Positions 10,146 to 21,384 of a stretch of 64,000 nt of DNA are shown here, piece after piece. The stretch spans positions 30,442,001 through 30,506,000 of the forward strand of contig NC_043003.1 in NCBI RefSeq assembly GCF_006345805.1, given 5' to 3'. This stretch comes from Octopus sinensis. Taxonomy: Eukaryota. The translations under genes and the position numbers were made by a program. Below the pieces are notes generated by a model that worked only from the letters and a program-made list of their open reading frames with translations, had not been told where the DNA came from and searched no databases. Every line of letters begins with the position of its first letter. Position 1 is the stretch's first letter.

Positions 10146-13085
10146 TACTATATTTTAACGTGTATAAGGAACCCTTTTTTTGTCAAAATTAGGTTAAAAA
10201 AATATGGGAGTTTCTTCTACATGGATAGTATTAAAGATATTAATAAATTACTTAATTGCTCAAATTTCTATGACTTACAACATCGCAAGCCTCAGGCCAA
10301 CACCCAACAGGTTGCGATGTCCTATTGGATGAGTTGCTATCCATTCATCAAGCAACAGCATGCACCTAAAGTAGCCATCACAAACGGCAATCATCTGCCA
10401 AACGGTATTTACTCATGCTCACCGAGACTGTTAAATCCGTGTTTTTGTATTAACATGAAAGTTCTATATTGTATTTAAAATTGCAAATGAACACGCAAGT
10501 GCAAACATTAACACTTTCTAAAAAACCCAGGCCACTTACGGAGGTCATACAACCTATCACAGGCAGCAAGCATGCTCAAAAGCCATATATGGCAATGCCG
10601 CTCACACTGAAACAGGTGTGAATGTAGCATATGAAAATTCAACTGAGACACAATCTTAAGTATTATCTACTATTATTTAAATTGATCTTGCATTACTCTT
10701 TTTATAGATTTTTGTTTTCTACTAGCATAAAAATGTCTGAGAATTAAAAGTACATTTCATATCCTTCAAATTTCATATTGAAAGTGATTCAGTTTGCAGA
10801 GGAGCATGGAAATAAAGCTGCAGCAAGACAGTTTGAGCCTCCTCCTATGGCTACCATGATTGGACTGTGGAGAAAGCACAAAGATGCCAAGGATGAAGAG
10901 AGCAGCACGACGCAAAAAGGCAAGGTGGCCAAATCTGGGGGGAAAACTCAAACACTGGGTCAAAAGCCAAAGGCAAACTGGTGCGTTAGTTTTGACAAAG
11001 ATCTTCATCGATCAAGGAAGAAGAATTGCTCAGGAGATAAAAAAGAGCAAAGGGGAAGGACAAGAAACAACTGATTTTAGAGGCATGCCCATCTATTGTT
11101 TCCGTTTTATGAAGAGGAATGGTTTGAGTCTAAAGACTAGAACCAAGCTTGCTCAGAAGATGCCTGATGCTTATGAAGAAAAGATTCTTAAGTTTCATTC
11201 TTATATCATTAATTTACACAAGAATACCAACTTTGAACTTTGCCACATAGCAAATATGGACGAATTTCCACTTACCTTTGATGTTCCTTCCAATAAAACT
11301 GAATCAAAAAGAGGCCAAAACAGTGGCCCTCAAGACAAGTGGACATGAGAAGACTCATTACACAATTGTCTGGCATACTGTTCTGATGGTACCCAGTTGC
11401 CACCCATACTCATTTACAAAAGACACTTCCAGAGAAGAAGCTGCCAGAAGGAGTTCTTGTGCATGTTGATGCAAAGGACTAGATGGATCAAGCTAGTATG
11501 AAGCTTTGGTTCAAGAAGATTTGGAGTAAGAGACCTGGGAACCTTTTTAAGAAGCCATCTACGCTGGTGTTAGATCAGTTCAGGGCACTTATAACTGATG
11601 AAACAAAAAAACTTGGCAAAAAAAAATCAAAAACCCAATTGGCAGTTATTCCCGGTAGCCTGACAAGCCAGTTTCAGTCTCTGGACATCACTATCAACAA
11701 ACCATTCAAGGAACTAACGAGAAATGAAAGGAGCAAGTGGTGCAAGCAGGTGACTCCAACCTCACACCAACAGGAAAAGTTAGGAAGCCAACAATTAGTG
11801 AAGTTTGTGGCTAAGCAAATGGCGTGAAGAACGAAGTGATTGTAAAGGCCTTTAAAAAGTGCAGCATAAGCAACAACATGGATGGTATGGAGGATAATGT
11901 AATTTACAATGAGGGTGATTCTGATGATAATGAACTACCAGTAGTTGTATCTGATTATGATGTATCAGATGAGAGTGATGAGGAATTTAATGGTTTCTAT
12001 GATTAATAAAAATATTGTTGATAAAACTTGTTAAGATAATTTATTAATATTCTTCTTAAGGGTATTTACAGTAAATTTTGATAAGTGCACCTGCACACAT
12101 TTCACTAAGAAGAGAAAACCTTGGATTTTTTGCGTGAAATCAAGTACCCTGATTTCCCAATGTGCCACAATCCCCTTATTTTTGGTTGGAAAAAAGTGGG
12201 GTTGGGAAATTGGAACCCTCTTCTCCATCCTGGAATCATTGGAAATTAATTTTTTTCATTGAATGAATTACAGTGACTGCCTAATATGCCACAAAACACT
12301 TTTTGTCCAGAAAACAGGGGTTGGGGTGGGGTGGAACTCTCAGAAATTTCAACCCCAGCCCCAACATTTTACAGAAATGTGTTTTCAAGAGTGTGGATTA
12401 CATAAGATTGAAAAATTCAAACAACTTTGAAAAGAAGTGAAAATGCTGAAGTTGTAGAAATTAGTGGTAACGACAGGAATGTATCCCCCCGGAGAATTTT
12501 TGTGTTAGTGTGAAACAAGTAAAGTATAATATTAAAACAAAATATCTTTTTCATACCTCTAAAAATCTCTAGGTATATTAATCCCAGATTGCAAAATATA
12601 TTCAAATGGTATCATGTGTTTTATATAAAAAAAAAATTCACTTTCTCTTTGCAAGTTTTTCCACCTGAAACTCGAGTCAAGATTGAGAGAATTAGTTTTC
12701 TCTATGTACTAAGAATCAATTTAAAATAACTATATCTTAAATGTTATGTGAGGAAAGAAGTATATTCTAATGGGAAAATATTGTATCTTTTAAAAGAATC
12801 CTTAATTTACTGTGCATTTGTTTGTGTGTGTGTATTTATCATTTAAGATATTTTAAATTTCATTTATGTATCTCCTTTCTTTCATAGAAAGCCTTCCTTC
12901 TTTCTTACTATATGCATAGTCTCTCATCTCTCTCTCTCTTTCTTTCAAAAATGAAACACATTACTTGATAAGTGCGGGTGCACTTATCAAAATTTACCTA
13001 ATCTCTTACAAAACCTCTTTTCCAACTTTTAAGCCTGCAAAATTTGGGGTTTCCTCATACAGTAATTCATTTATTGACAGTAAAG
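10146..13085 (+). mobile_element. pogo/POGK-like DNA transposon; transposase pseudogene at about 10760-12005
   Basis: Brinker-type DBD (KVIQFAEEHGNKAAARQF), CENP-B HTH (FMKRNGLSLKTRT), DDE_1 motifs (NMDEFPLTFDVP, LVLDQFRA, VIPGSLTSQFQSLD) split by frameshifts; pogo-like degenerate termini. Confidence 0.8.
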
Positions 13086-13559
13086 TAAAATGGCACATAG
13101 TAGTATGAAGTAGAATGAGGCAACCTTTTTCTAGCAGCAGGTTTTGTGAGATGTTGCTGATTTTCATTTCATCATCATCAGTTTAACGTCCACTTCACAC
13201 TTGCATGAGTTAGACAGAATTTGTTGAAGTAGATTTTCAGTGGCTGGATGGCCTTCCTGTCACCAACCCTTACCCACTTTCAAGTAAGTTAATAATTTCC
13301 TAGTCTTTTCAACAGTGCACAACCTGGATGTAGTTATGTAGTGAACTGGAAACAAATTACACCATTTGAATGACTCTTGTTTACAAAGATCACATAACAT
13401 GTCAAAGAAGTCTACACATACTTTTGTGATGGATTGTAAGCAAAGGACACTATTGACAGCAAGACTTTCATTTACAGTCAACAAATATACATGAGCATGA
13501 GGGAAAATATGAATTCACACAAATTTATACAGAGGTATATCCTATCTATTTATCATTAT

Positions 13560-13800
13560 CACCATCATTTAACGTCCAATGTCCATGCTGGCATGGGTTG
13601 GATAGTTTGACCAGGGCTGGCAGGCTGGGGAGCTTCACCTGATGCCAGTCTAATTTGGCATAGTTTCTATGGACAAATGCCCTTCCTAATGTCAACCATT
13701 TTATAGAGTGTGCTGGGTGCTTTTATGTGTTGCCACACAGGCGTTTTTTCACAGCACTGCATGGGCAGGCTTTTATGTGGCACTGCCATGAGTGCTTTAC
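13560..13800 (-). mobile_element. RTE LINE 3' UTR fragment (a related piece lies at 13168-13270)
   Basis: catcatttaacgtcc..catgctggcatgggttgga..gcccttcctaatg tail shared with the longer RTE copies. Confidence 0.65.
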
Positions 13801-14199
13801 ACCACCAAAAGGATTGGTCTTAACATTTCTACTGCAGAGTATTGCAAGGTGCTAGGCATTTCAGTCCTTTGTCATCCCACCTAAAAGATTCAATGTCTTG
13901 AGGTTGTTCCTCAGTACTCCATCCTATGTCTTCCATATATATGACAGGCTTCTTCAGTTTCTGTCTGCTAATTTCACTTACAAAGCTATAGTATGAAATG
14001 TTAGTCAATAACATTTATGCAGTAGGACCAAACCATTGACCACATGGTTCCAAATCATAGCATTTAACCACACAGTCAAGCCTTTGTAATACAAATTAAC
14101 ACTACACTATAGTAAGCAAGTTCAAATTTGAGAGAAAATGTGAGTGGATGTAAGAGAAATGAACATGTGTAAAGAACAGCAAGTTATACATGCCTGATA

Positions 14200-15422
14200 T
14201 ATAAGAGTTGGCTAAAAAGTTCATAGGCTGATCAAGATACTCTCATGGAGTGTGAGACAACCAAATGAAGTTTATTTTTCAACATAGTCCTCTTTGCAGT
14301 TCACACACTTCCTCCATTGGTATTGCATGCTTGGATCCCATTGATGAAGAAACTTTCATCTTGTTTGTCAAAAAAGTCATCAATAGTAGATATGTCCTCA
14401 TCACAGTGACACTGGTTCCCTTCATGTAAGGGAACAGATGATAATCAGGAGAATAGGTGGGGTGATCAGCCAGCTCAAAGCCACAGTCATGCAGAGTAGC
14501 TATTGACATGAAGGACTTGTGTCCTGATGAAACAAGATCCCTTTCATCAGTTTTCCTCTGTGTTTGGTCTGATGGCCTTTTGTACCTGTCTCAGCAAATT
14601 GGCATAGTACTCTTTGTTGACAGTGTAGTCCTTTTGAAGATAGTCAATAAACACAATGCCTCTTGCATCCTGAAAATCTGAGGCTATCACCTTCCCTGCA
14701 GATGAAACATTGGCTTTCTTTGGAACAGGTGATGGGGAGATGTTTCCACTGCATGGATTGTCTGTTTGAATCTGGCTCAAAGTGATGAATTCAACATTCA
14801 CCAAGGCTTAGGAAGCATTTGAGGAAACCAGCTGGATCTACCTCAAACAATGTCAGATTTTCTTGTGATGTGATCAGCATGGTGAAGATTTGACCAGTTG
14901 TCAGAAGACATAGCATCCACCAAACTGAAACCTTCATCATGCCAAGTTCATTGTGCAGGATATTCTCAACTCTTATGGGATATACTAATAGCATTTAAAT
15001 TATAGTCAATTGCTTGTCATCCATCACCTTGTGGTGAACATGGTCAATGTGTTTTCCTTGGTGGGAGCAGTTGCAGGATGTCATCTTCAAGACTCTCCCT
15101 TCCCCTCCGAAATTCAGCTGCCCCCTTTTGCACTGTTGATAAAGCTGGAGCGTCATCCCCTAATGTAGTATCCATGAATATCTTTGGGAGCTAAAGCCTT
15201 TTTCTGCAGATTAACACCACAATGCCAAATTTTGTCCATATTCAAGAGAAGTTACAACTATTCACTTTCTGAAATCGTCTTTGAACAGTCAAATGTCAGT
15301 TTATCTGAAAAGAAACAATGCAATTATTAATAAGAAGAGTTGAAATTGATGCATACACAATTTCACAGATCTAGTATCACACTTTCATAGTCAGCCTATG
15401 AACTTTTCAGCCCACCCTCATA
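14200..15422 (-). mobile_element. Full-length degenerate mariner element (about 1.22 kb)
   Basis: About 30-bp TIRs (agagttggctaaaaagttcataggctga / tcagcctatgaacttttcagcccaccctca) in TA context; motifs HPTYSPD and GIVFIDYLQK, and a degenerate WVP-x-LLT. Confidence 0.88.
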
Positions 15423-16060
15423 TAGCTCTGAGTTTTATGTTTTTTTTATTATATTCATTAGATAATGGAAATATGGCTTATTTACTATCAAAGTGTATCA
15501 GATATAGGCATGTTAAAGTACTTGACAAAAAAAAAAGGGACATACAAATATCACATTCTATCTTCTCCTAGGTGTGGTGAAGATATGAAGCTCACTGAAT
15601 ATCTATATCCTGTAGATAAACTGTGTCTTGTACAAGTAAGGTGGCCTGAAGTATAAATTGGCATCAGAAATTATCGTGAGCTTTATGACCTACTGTTGTG
15701 ATGTATTTGCAGAGCAATTTATTTAAAATGGTAGCATTGGTGTCACTATTTGAAACTCATTAGAGTGACTTTGTCATGTGTAAGCACAATGTAGGCCATT
15801 TAGTGAAAATTCATTGGGAGTTAGGGGATTTTGAAGTTGATTCTAGGCAGTACTTTCTGGTTGCAGTAGTTAATAGAATAACTATGAAAGTATTAGATGT
15901 ACTGCAACATTGTTTTATCAGCAAAATCTATTCTATATGCTGTATAGATCTCAAACAACATCAAAGTGGTTTTTCAGCACCTGACAGTCCCCTTTTCACT
16001 CAATTTCCTTGATCCAGTTATGTATATGACCTTCACTTCATGGAAAGATGAAGGCTATAT

Positions 16061-16750
16061 CACCGTCGTTGTCATTTAACATCTGCTTTCTATGCTGGCA
16101 TGGGTTGGATGGTTTGACTGAAGACTGACAAGCCAGGAGGCTGTACTAGGCTCCAATCTGATTTGGCAAAGTTTCTACAGCTGGATGCCCTTCCTAACGC
16201 CAACTACTCCGAGAGTGTAGTGGGTGTTTCTTACACGCCACTGGCACAGGAGCCAGTCAGGCGGCACTGGCATCAACCATACTCAAATGGTGCTTTTTAT
16301 GTACCACCAGCACATGAGCCAATCAGGTACCACTGGCAATGACCACGCTCGAATGGTGCTTTTTTACATGCTGCTGGCATGGGTGCCATCAGACTTACAT
16401 CAGTCACTCTCGAATGGTGCTTTTTATGTGCCACTGGCATGGATGCCAGTCAGGCAGCACTAGCATCAGCCACGACTACAATTTCACTTGGTTCAACAGG
16501 TATTCACAAGCATGGCATATTGCCCAACGATTGAAGGGTGCTTTTAAAAGGGCCAGTTACGCGACACTGGGACGAGACACAGCTTCAATCTCACTTGGCT
16601 TGCCATGGCTTTTCAAGCACAGTATATCTCTAAAGGTTTTAGTCATTTGTCATTGCCTTTGTGAGGCCCAACATTTGAAGGTTGTGCTTCACCACCTCAT
16701 TTCATGTCTTCCTGGGTCTACCTCTTCCACAAGTTCACATAACTATATGC
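16061..16750 (-). mobile_element. RTE LINE 3' portion
   Basis: Minus strand encodes RGRPRKT*NEVVKHNLQMLGLTK; tandem 55-60 bp 3' UTR units. Confidence 0.8.
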
Positions 16751-17874
16751 AATCTCCACACCTTAAAAAGAAAATGTGCCAAATGTTTAAGTGCTGCTCA
16801 CATACCCAGGTGAATTATTAATTTCCATTAGCACAGCTTCAGAACATATATTTTGAATTATGAAAGGGTAACCAAAGTGGGTAGTGGGCATTTTGTTTGG
16901 ATAACCAATCTGGTCATAAAGAAAGAAAACCACACTGCACATAAATACATAAAAAGTATGTATGTTTACAGTTTTTGTCATTCAGTCTAAAGAGTGTGTA
17001 CAAACACTGGATAATACTTAAACCTTCTTTATAGCTTACAAATAAAATCACATTTTGAGTATAAATAATAAAAATATGGAACTCTAGAATTCAAAGAAAA
17101 CTGGCTTAACTACAAAAAATAATTTCATATATTCAGAAAGTTTACAGAATTTATCAAACAGTTTATCTAGATATAATTCAATGAGGTGGAGGCTGGTTCT
17201 CCAGTCACTGTTGCTAATGTGCTTGTGTTTCTTTGTTTCTACTAGCAATTATATTTGACAAAGATGTATCAACTTAATGGCATTGGCTTTGTTTACTGCT
17301 TCATGCCACTCCATCAAATGTCACAAGCTGTTGAAAGTTTTGTTAATGGGACTTGAAGAGGTTTTGATATTTAATTATCTTTATCATCCACAGCATCTCT
17401 ACTTTGCTTGATTTTCTTATTAAAGGTCCAAATGAAGTAATCCATTATGATGTGCATATATCTTTTTGTTTGCTTTGATCATGTGGAAGACAAACATTTT
17501 AGGATGTTCTGGTAATGTTCTGTACAACAAGATATAATGCCTAGAGTATCTCCATTTCAAGGTCTACATCAATAATCCTTATCACATCTCTAGACTAAAA
17601 GTCTTTGTAAACGTCTTCTGACTCTTTCTTGCTATTCTAACTTTCTAAGAATATCTGAATCATATGCAGAGATTGATGTCTTAGTGATCTGCAGTCATTT
17701 TTTAATGCTTTCATTCCTCAATCCATAACCATAGTCCTCGTTCATTTCCTCTATATTTCTACACCAAAGTACCATCTCTCTGATTCATTCTTGCTATTCT
17801 AACTTTCAGTGTCTGTGGTCAAATATATTCTCTCCAATAATCTTCATGTTAACACTTCATTGTCCCTTATGTCC

Positions 17875-17896
17875 TATGTTGTTTTTTTTATTTCAG
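17875..17896 (+). promoter_or_regulatory. Putative splice acceptor of the ZNF2 coding exon (exon starts at 17897)
   Basis: gtttttttatttcag|gttatttgatgacattgag, conserved in all five genes. Confidence 0.7.
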
Positions 17897-18306
17897 GTTA
17901 TTTGATGACATTGAGATAAAAATAATACACTGAAGATCGACTTTTGAAACTATAGCTTCATCAAGCTGATATCAACCTGTTTCAACAACTCTTATTTGAA
18001 AGGATGTAAAATATTTCTTTGGAATTGAGATTATTTGCAAGAATTCCTACATAAAAGGTTGTGGGAAAATTTTGTGGAAACATTAAGTTTATGAGATTTA
18101 CAACAAGGTTTCAACTGACTCATTTGTAAGGGCTTTAATGTCTGGGTATATCTTAACTGAAGCTAGTTTAATGATCTCATAGCTGATGATTATTAATTAC
18201 AAAATTCTATCCTTTTAAATCCACTTTAAGTTATTTTGAACACCCAAGACATCTTCAGTCTTTAATAAAGATCATCTACGTGCTAAATATAGATTAAAGT
18301 GAAGTT

Positions 18307-19392
18307 ATGGATGAAAAAACACAACCTGAAATTACTGATTCATCTATTCAGATAAAGGGAAATAAAAGGGAAAAATCATACCCTTGTGATGTATGTGGAG
18401 AGGTATACACAACAAGAAGTAATTTAATGCAACACAAATTAATCCATGCAACCTCCAAGGTGCACTACTGTGAAGTTTGTGGTAAAGGATTCACTCGTAA
18501 CAGTTTATTGACTCGCCATAAGCATATACATACAAGAGAAAGGCCATACCACTGTGATATCTGTGGTGAAAAATTTTCTAGAAGTGCTCATTTGTCTAGA
18601 CACAGGCATATTCACACAGGAGAAAAACCATATCCCTGTGATGTCTGTGGTAAAACATTCTCTCAAAGTGGTACTCTATCCACTCATAAACATATTCATA
18701 CAGGAGAGAAACCATATCAGTGTGATATCTGTGATGACAGATTTTCTACAAGGGGTCAATTGTCTAACCACAAACGTATCCACACAGGAGAAAGACCCTA
18801 CCAATGTGATATTTGTAGTAAAACATTTTCTAGAAGTGGTCATTTGTCTTCCCATAAACTTATCCACACAGGTGAAAGGCCATACCAATGTGATATCTGT
18901 GATAAAACATTTTCTCGAAGTGGTGATTTGTCTTCTCACAAACATATTCACTCAGGAGAAAGACCATACCACTGTGATATCTGTGGTACAACATTCTCTC
19001 AAAGTGGTAGTTTATCTCAGCACAAACGTATTCATACAGGAGAGAAACCATACCAGTGTGATATCTGTGATAAAACATTTTCAACAAAGAGTCATTTATC
19101 TTCCCACATACGTACTCACACAGGAGAAAGGCCCTACCATTGTGATATCTGTGGTAAAACATTCACTCAAAGTGGTAGTTTATCTCAGCACAAACCTATT
19201 CATACAGGAGAGAGACCATACAATTGTGATATTTGTGGCAAAACCTTTTCTACAACTCGTAATTTAACTCGACACAAACGTATTCACACAGAAGAGAAAG
19301 CATACCACTGTGATATTTGTGATGAAGCATTTTCTACGAGGGGTCGTTTATCTTCCCACATACGTATTCATACAGGAGAAAGACCATCATAA
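18307..19392 (+). CDS. Poly-C2H2 zinc-finger protein ZNF2, 361 aa, 12 fingers
   Basis: 12 canonical C2H2 units with TGE(K/R)PY linkers. Confidence 0.94.
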   Translation: MDEKTQPEITDSSIQIKGNKREKSYPCDVCGEVYTTRSNLMQHKLIHATSKVHYCEVCGKGFTRNSLLTRHKHIHTRERPYHCDICGEKFSRSAHLSRHRHIHTGEKPYPCDVCGKTFSQSGTLSTHKHIHTGEKPYQCDICDDRFSTRGQLSNHKRIHTGERPYQCDICSKTFSRSGHLSSHKLIHTGERPYQCDICDKTFSRSGDLSSHKHIHSGERPYHCDICGTTFSQSGSLSQHKRIHTGEKPYQCDICDKTFSTKSHLSSHIRTHTGERPYHCDICGKTFTQSGSLSQHKPIHTGERPYNCDICGKTFSTTRNLTRHKRIHTEEKAYHCDICDEAFSTRGRLSSHIRIHTGERPS

Positions 19393-19558
19393 CACTGAAA
19401 TTTCTGTTATAAAGCATTGTCACAAAGTAGTTTATTTTGACATAAATATATTTTACAGAGGAGAAAGACCATACCCTTGTGATATCGACAGTGAAACATT
19501 TTCTAGAAGCGGTAATTTTACTCAGTGTAAATATACCCTCACAGAAAGTAAACCATAG
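19393..19558 (+). pseudogene. Two dead finger units after the ZNF2 stop (same remnant at 37270-37410, 50554-50672 and 62042-62170)
   Basis: Reads H*NFCYKALSQSSLF*HKYI, then GERPYPCDIDSETFSRSGNF after a frameshift. Confidence 0.8.
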
Positions 19559-19579
19559 TTATATGTCTATGGTAAAATA

Positions 19580-20384
19580 TCTATATATATAAAACTCAAC
19601 TTGTGTGTCTGTGTGTTTAACTTCCCGGCACATCTCCTCCTAGCCAACAAATCGTAGAACCACCAAAAATGGGTCACTTACAGTTTAGGCGAATGATAAT
19701 TGAACTGCACTATTTCTGTTCCGGAATTCATCTCACAAGTGCAAAAGTCGATAATGTGCTTGTTTAGGCCTTATCCTATGCATTGAATAGTGAACTATAC
19801 TCAGTCAGCTGTTTGACATGAACTGTGTTCACCACGCGTGCAGGCATGCGTGTATTGCATGAAAAATAAAAAATAAAAATATAAAAGCGAATTGCTGTAA
19901 ACATTGTAGAAATTCGGCAAAGAAATGAATTTTCGGGATGTAGCCTGGAGGGTTTTTTTCGTATTAATCATTTGGACTTTGTGAACACATACCAATTGTT
20001 TTCATAACATTTTTAACGCTTTGAATTAAATGTGACCATTTTGCGTTGAGTCTGCAGTTTGAATCACTTTAACCAAATTTTAGCAGGCCGGATTTTTGAT
20101 CATCACGATACATTGCCAGCGACTCCCTGAAACTCTCCCCTGAAATCCCTGTTGAGAAATACTGATCTAAAAGAATAATTCAACAATGCAATTATTTGAT
20201 AAACAAAAATTTATGAAACGCTTCTACGTACTTCCTATTGAGGAAATGGAACACATAAGCGCAAAAATAGAGGGCATTAAATGCTTGATTTTAAAACCAA
20301 AATAATTGAATTTTGATTGAACTTCATCCAAGTTTATCTTAATTCGCGCGTGCATAGAATGCACGAGCCGGGCAATACTGCTAG
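19580..20384 (+). mobile_element. Non-autonomous Helitron
   Basis: Starts TC, ends CTAG, inserted between A and T; hairpin cgtgcat-aga-atgcacg (20349-20365) 15 nt before CTAG; paralogous empty site at about 37926-37950. Confidence 0.8.
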
Positions 20385-21384
20385 TTTTCTATAAATAACA
20401 AAATATGTTATAATAAATGTATTTCTTTAATACAACACTGACATACTTGTAATATCCTTTATTTCATACTGGCAATTTATCTTCAACCCCATTACATTTA
20501 TATACACTGTTTAACCAGTTGAATGTTTCATAGCTATTGTTACTCTTAACTACTCCTCTACACCAAAACTATTTGATGTCCCAGTCCTCCATCAGCCTGA
20601 AAGAATACCCCTACCTACTTTGTTTATCTTCATTTCTACACACTTTATGTTGAACATTTTAATATCCAGCACATTATTTTGTGTTATAGATCTTCAGCTA
20701 AACTATAGCCTATTCCTTGAAGGTTGAACCCTTTCTGCATCTCTCCTGACATAAAACATATCAGTAGATTAGAAAATGGTAACGACAAATATAGTATTTA
20801 GTATTTACCATCAAGACAAGAAATGTCAATAGCTTGAAGATATAAGAAATGGGTTATGGTATTGTAGAAAGAATTGTGACAGACCAAGAATTATTTGGAT
20901 GGACAGCATCAATGAAGGGATTGAGTTACACAGTAATGTCAGTGTAAGAATGGTATGAGATGAGACAGAATGGATATCTTTGATGGTTGATATACTATGA
21001 CCACATGACACTCAATGAATAAATGAAATTTAATGATGACAAATATTTAATATTAATATAATAGTTGAGTAACATTAATAGAGTCAGCTAAGTTGCAGAG
21101 GTAGCAAACAAGATTGTTAGGAGGACCATATCTGGTTGTATGGGGTACAATGCAGGACATTTTTTGCTGTCAAGACTAGTAGCACTATTAATGTTCTTGT
21201 GTATTGCGGTATATGAAGAACTGATTGTAGGTCATCATGATGGTATCTGTAGATGATTTTATATGTACATTGTAAGGTGATATAAATTGTACAAGTATAA
21301 ATTGAAAATTGTAGCAAATAAGATTTAAAGCACAAGACCTTCAACATAATATCTATAACTGTTTATTTCATTAAACCACTAGGA

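Noticed and set aside
16200-16460. Regularly spaced ggtgctttttatgt repeats with variable intervals, superficially CRISPR-like (also near 33280-33480, 39600-39820 and 62790-63010)
   Set aside because: They are tandem units of the RTE 3' UTR, the intervals are homologous to each other, and there are no cas genes in this eukaryotic context
19390-19450. Idea that A-to-I editing of the stop codon could extend ZNF2-5 into the fossil fingers
   Set aside because: Several stops, a lost first Cys and a frameshift follow, so read-through would not restore a functional finger
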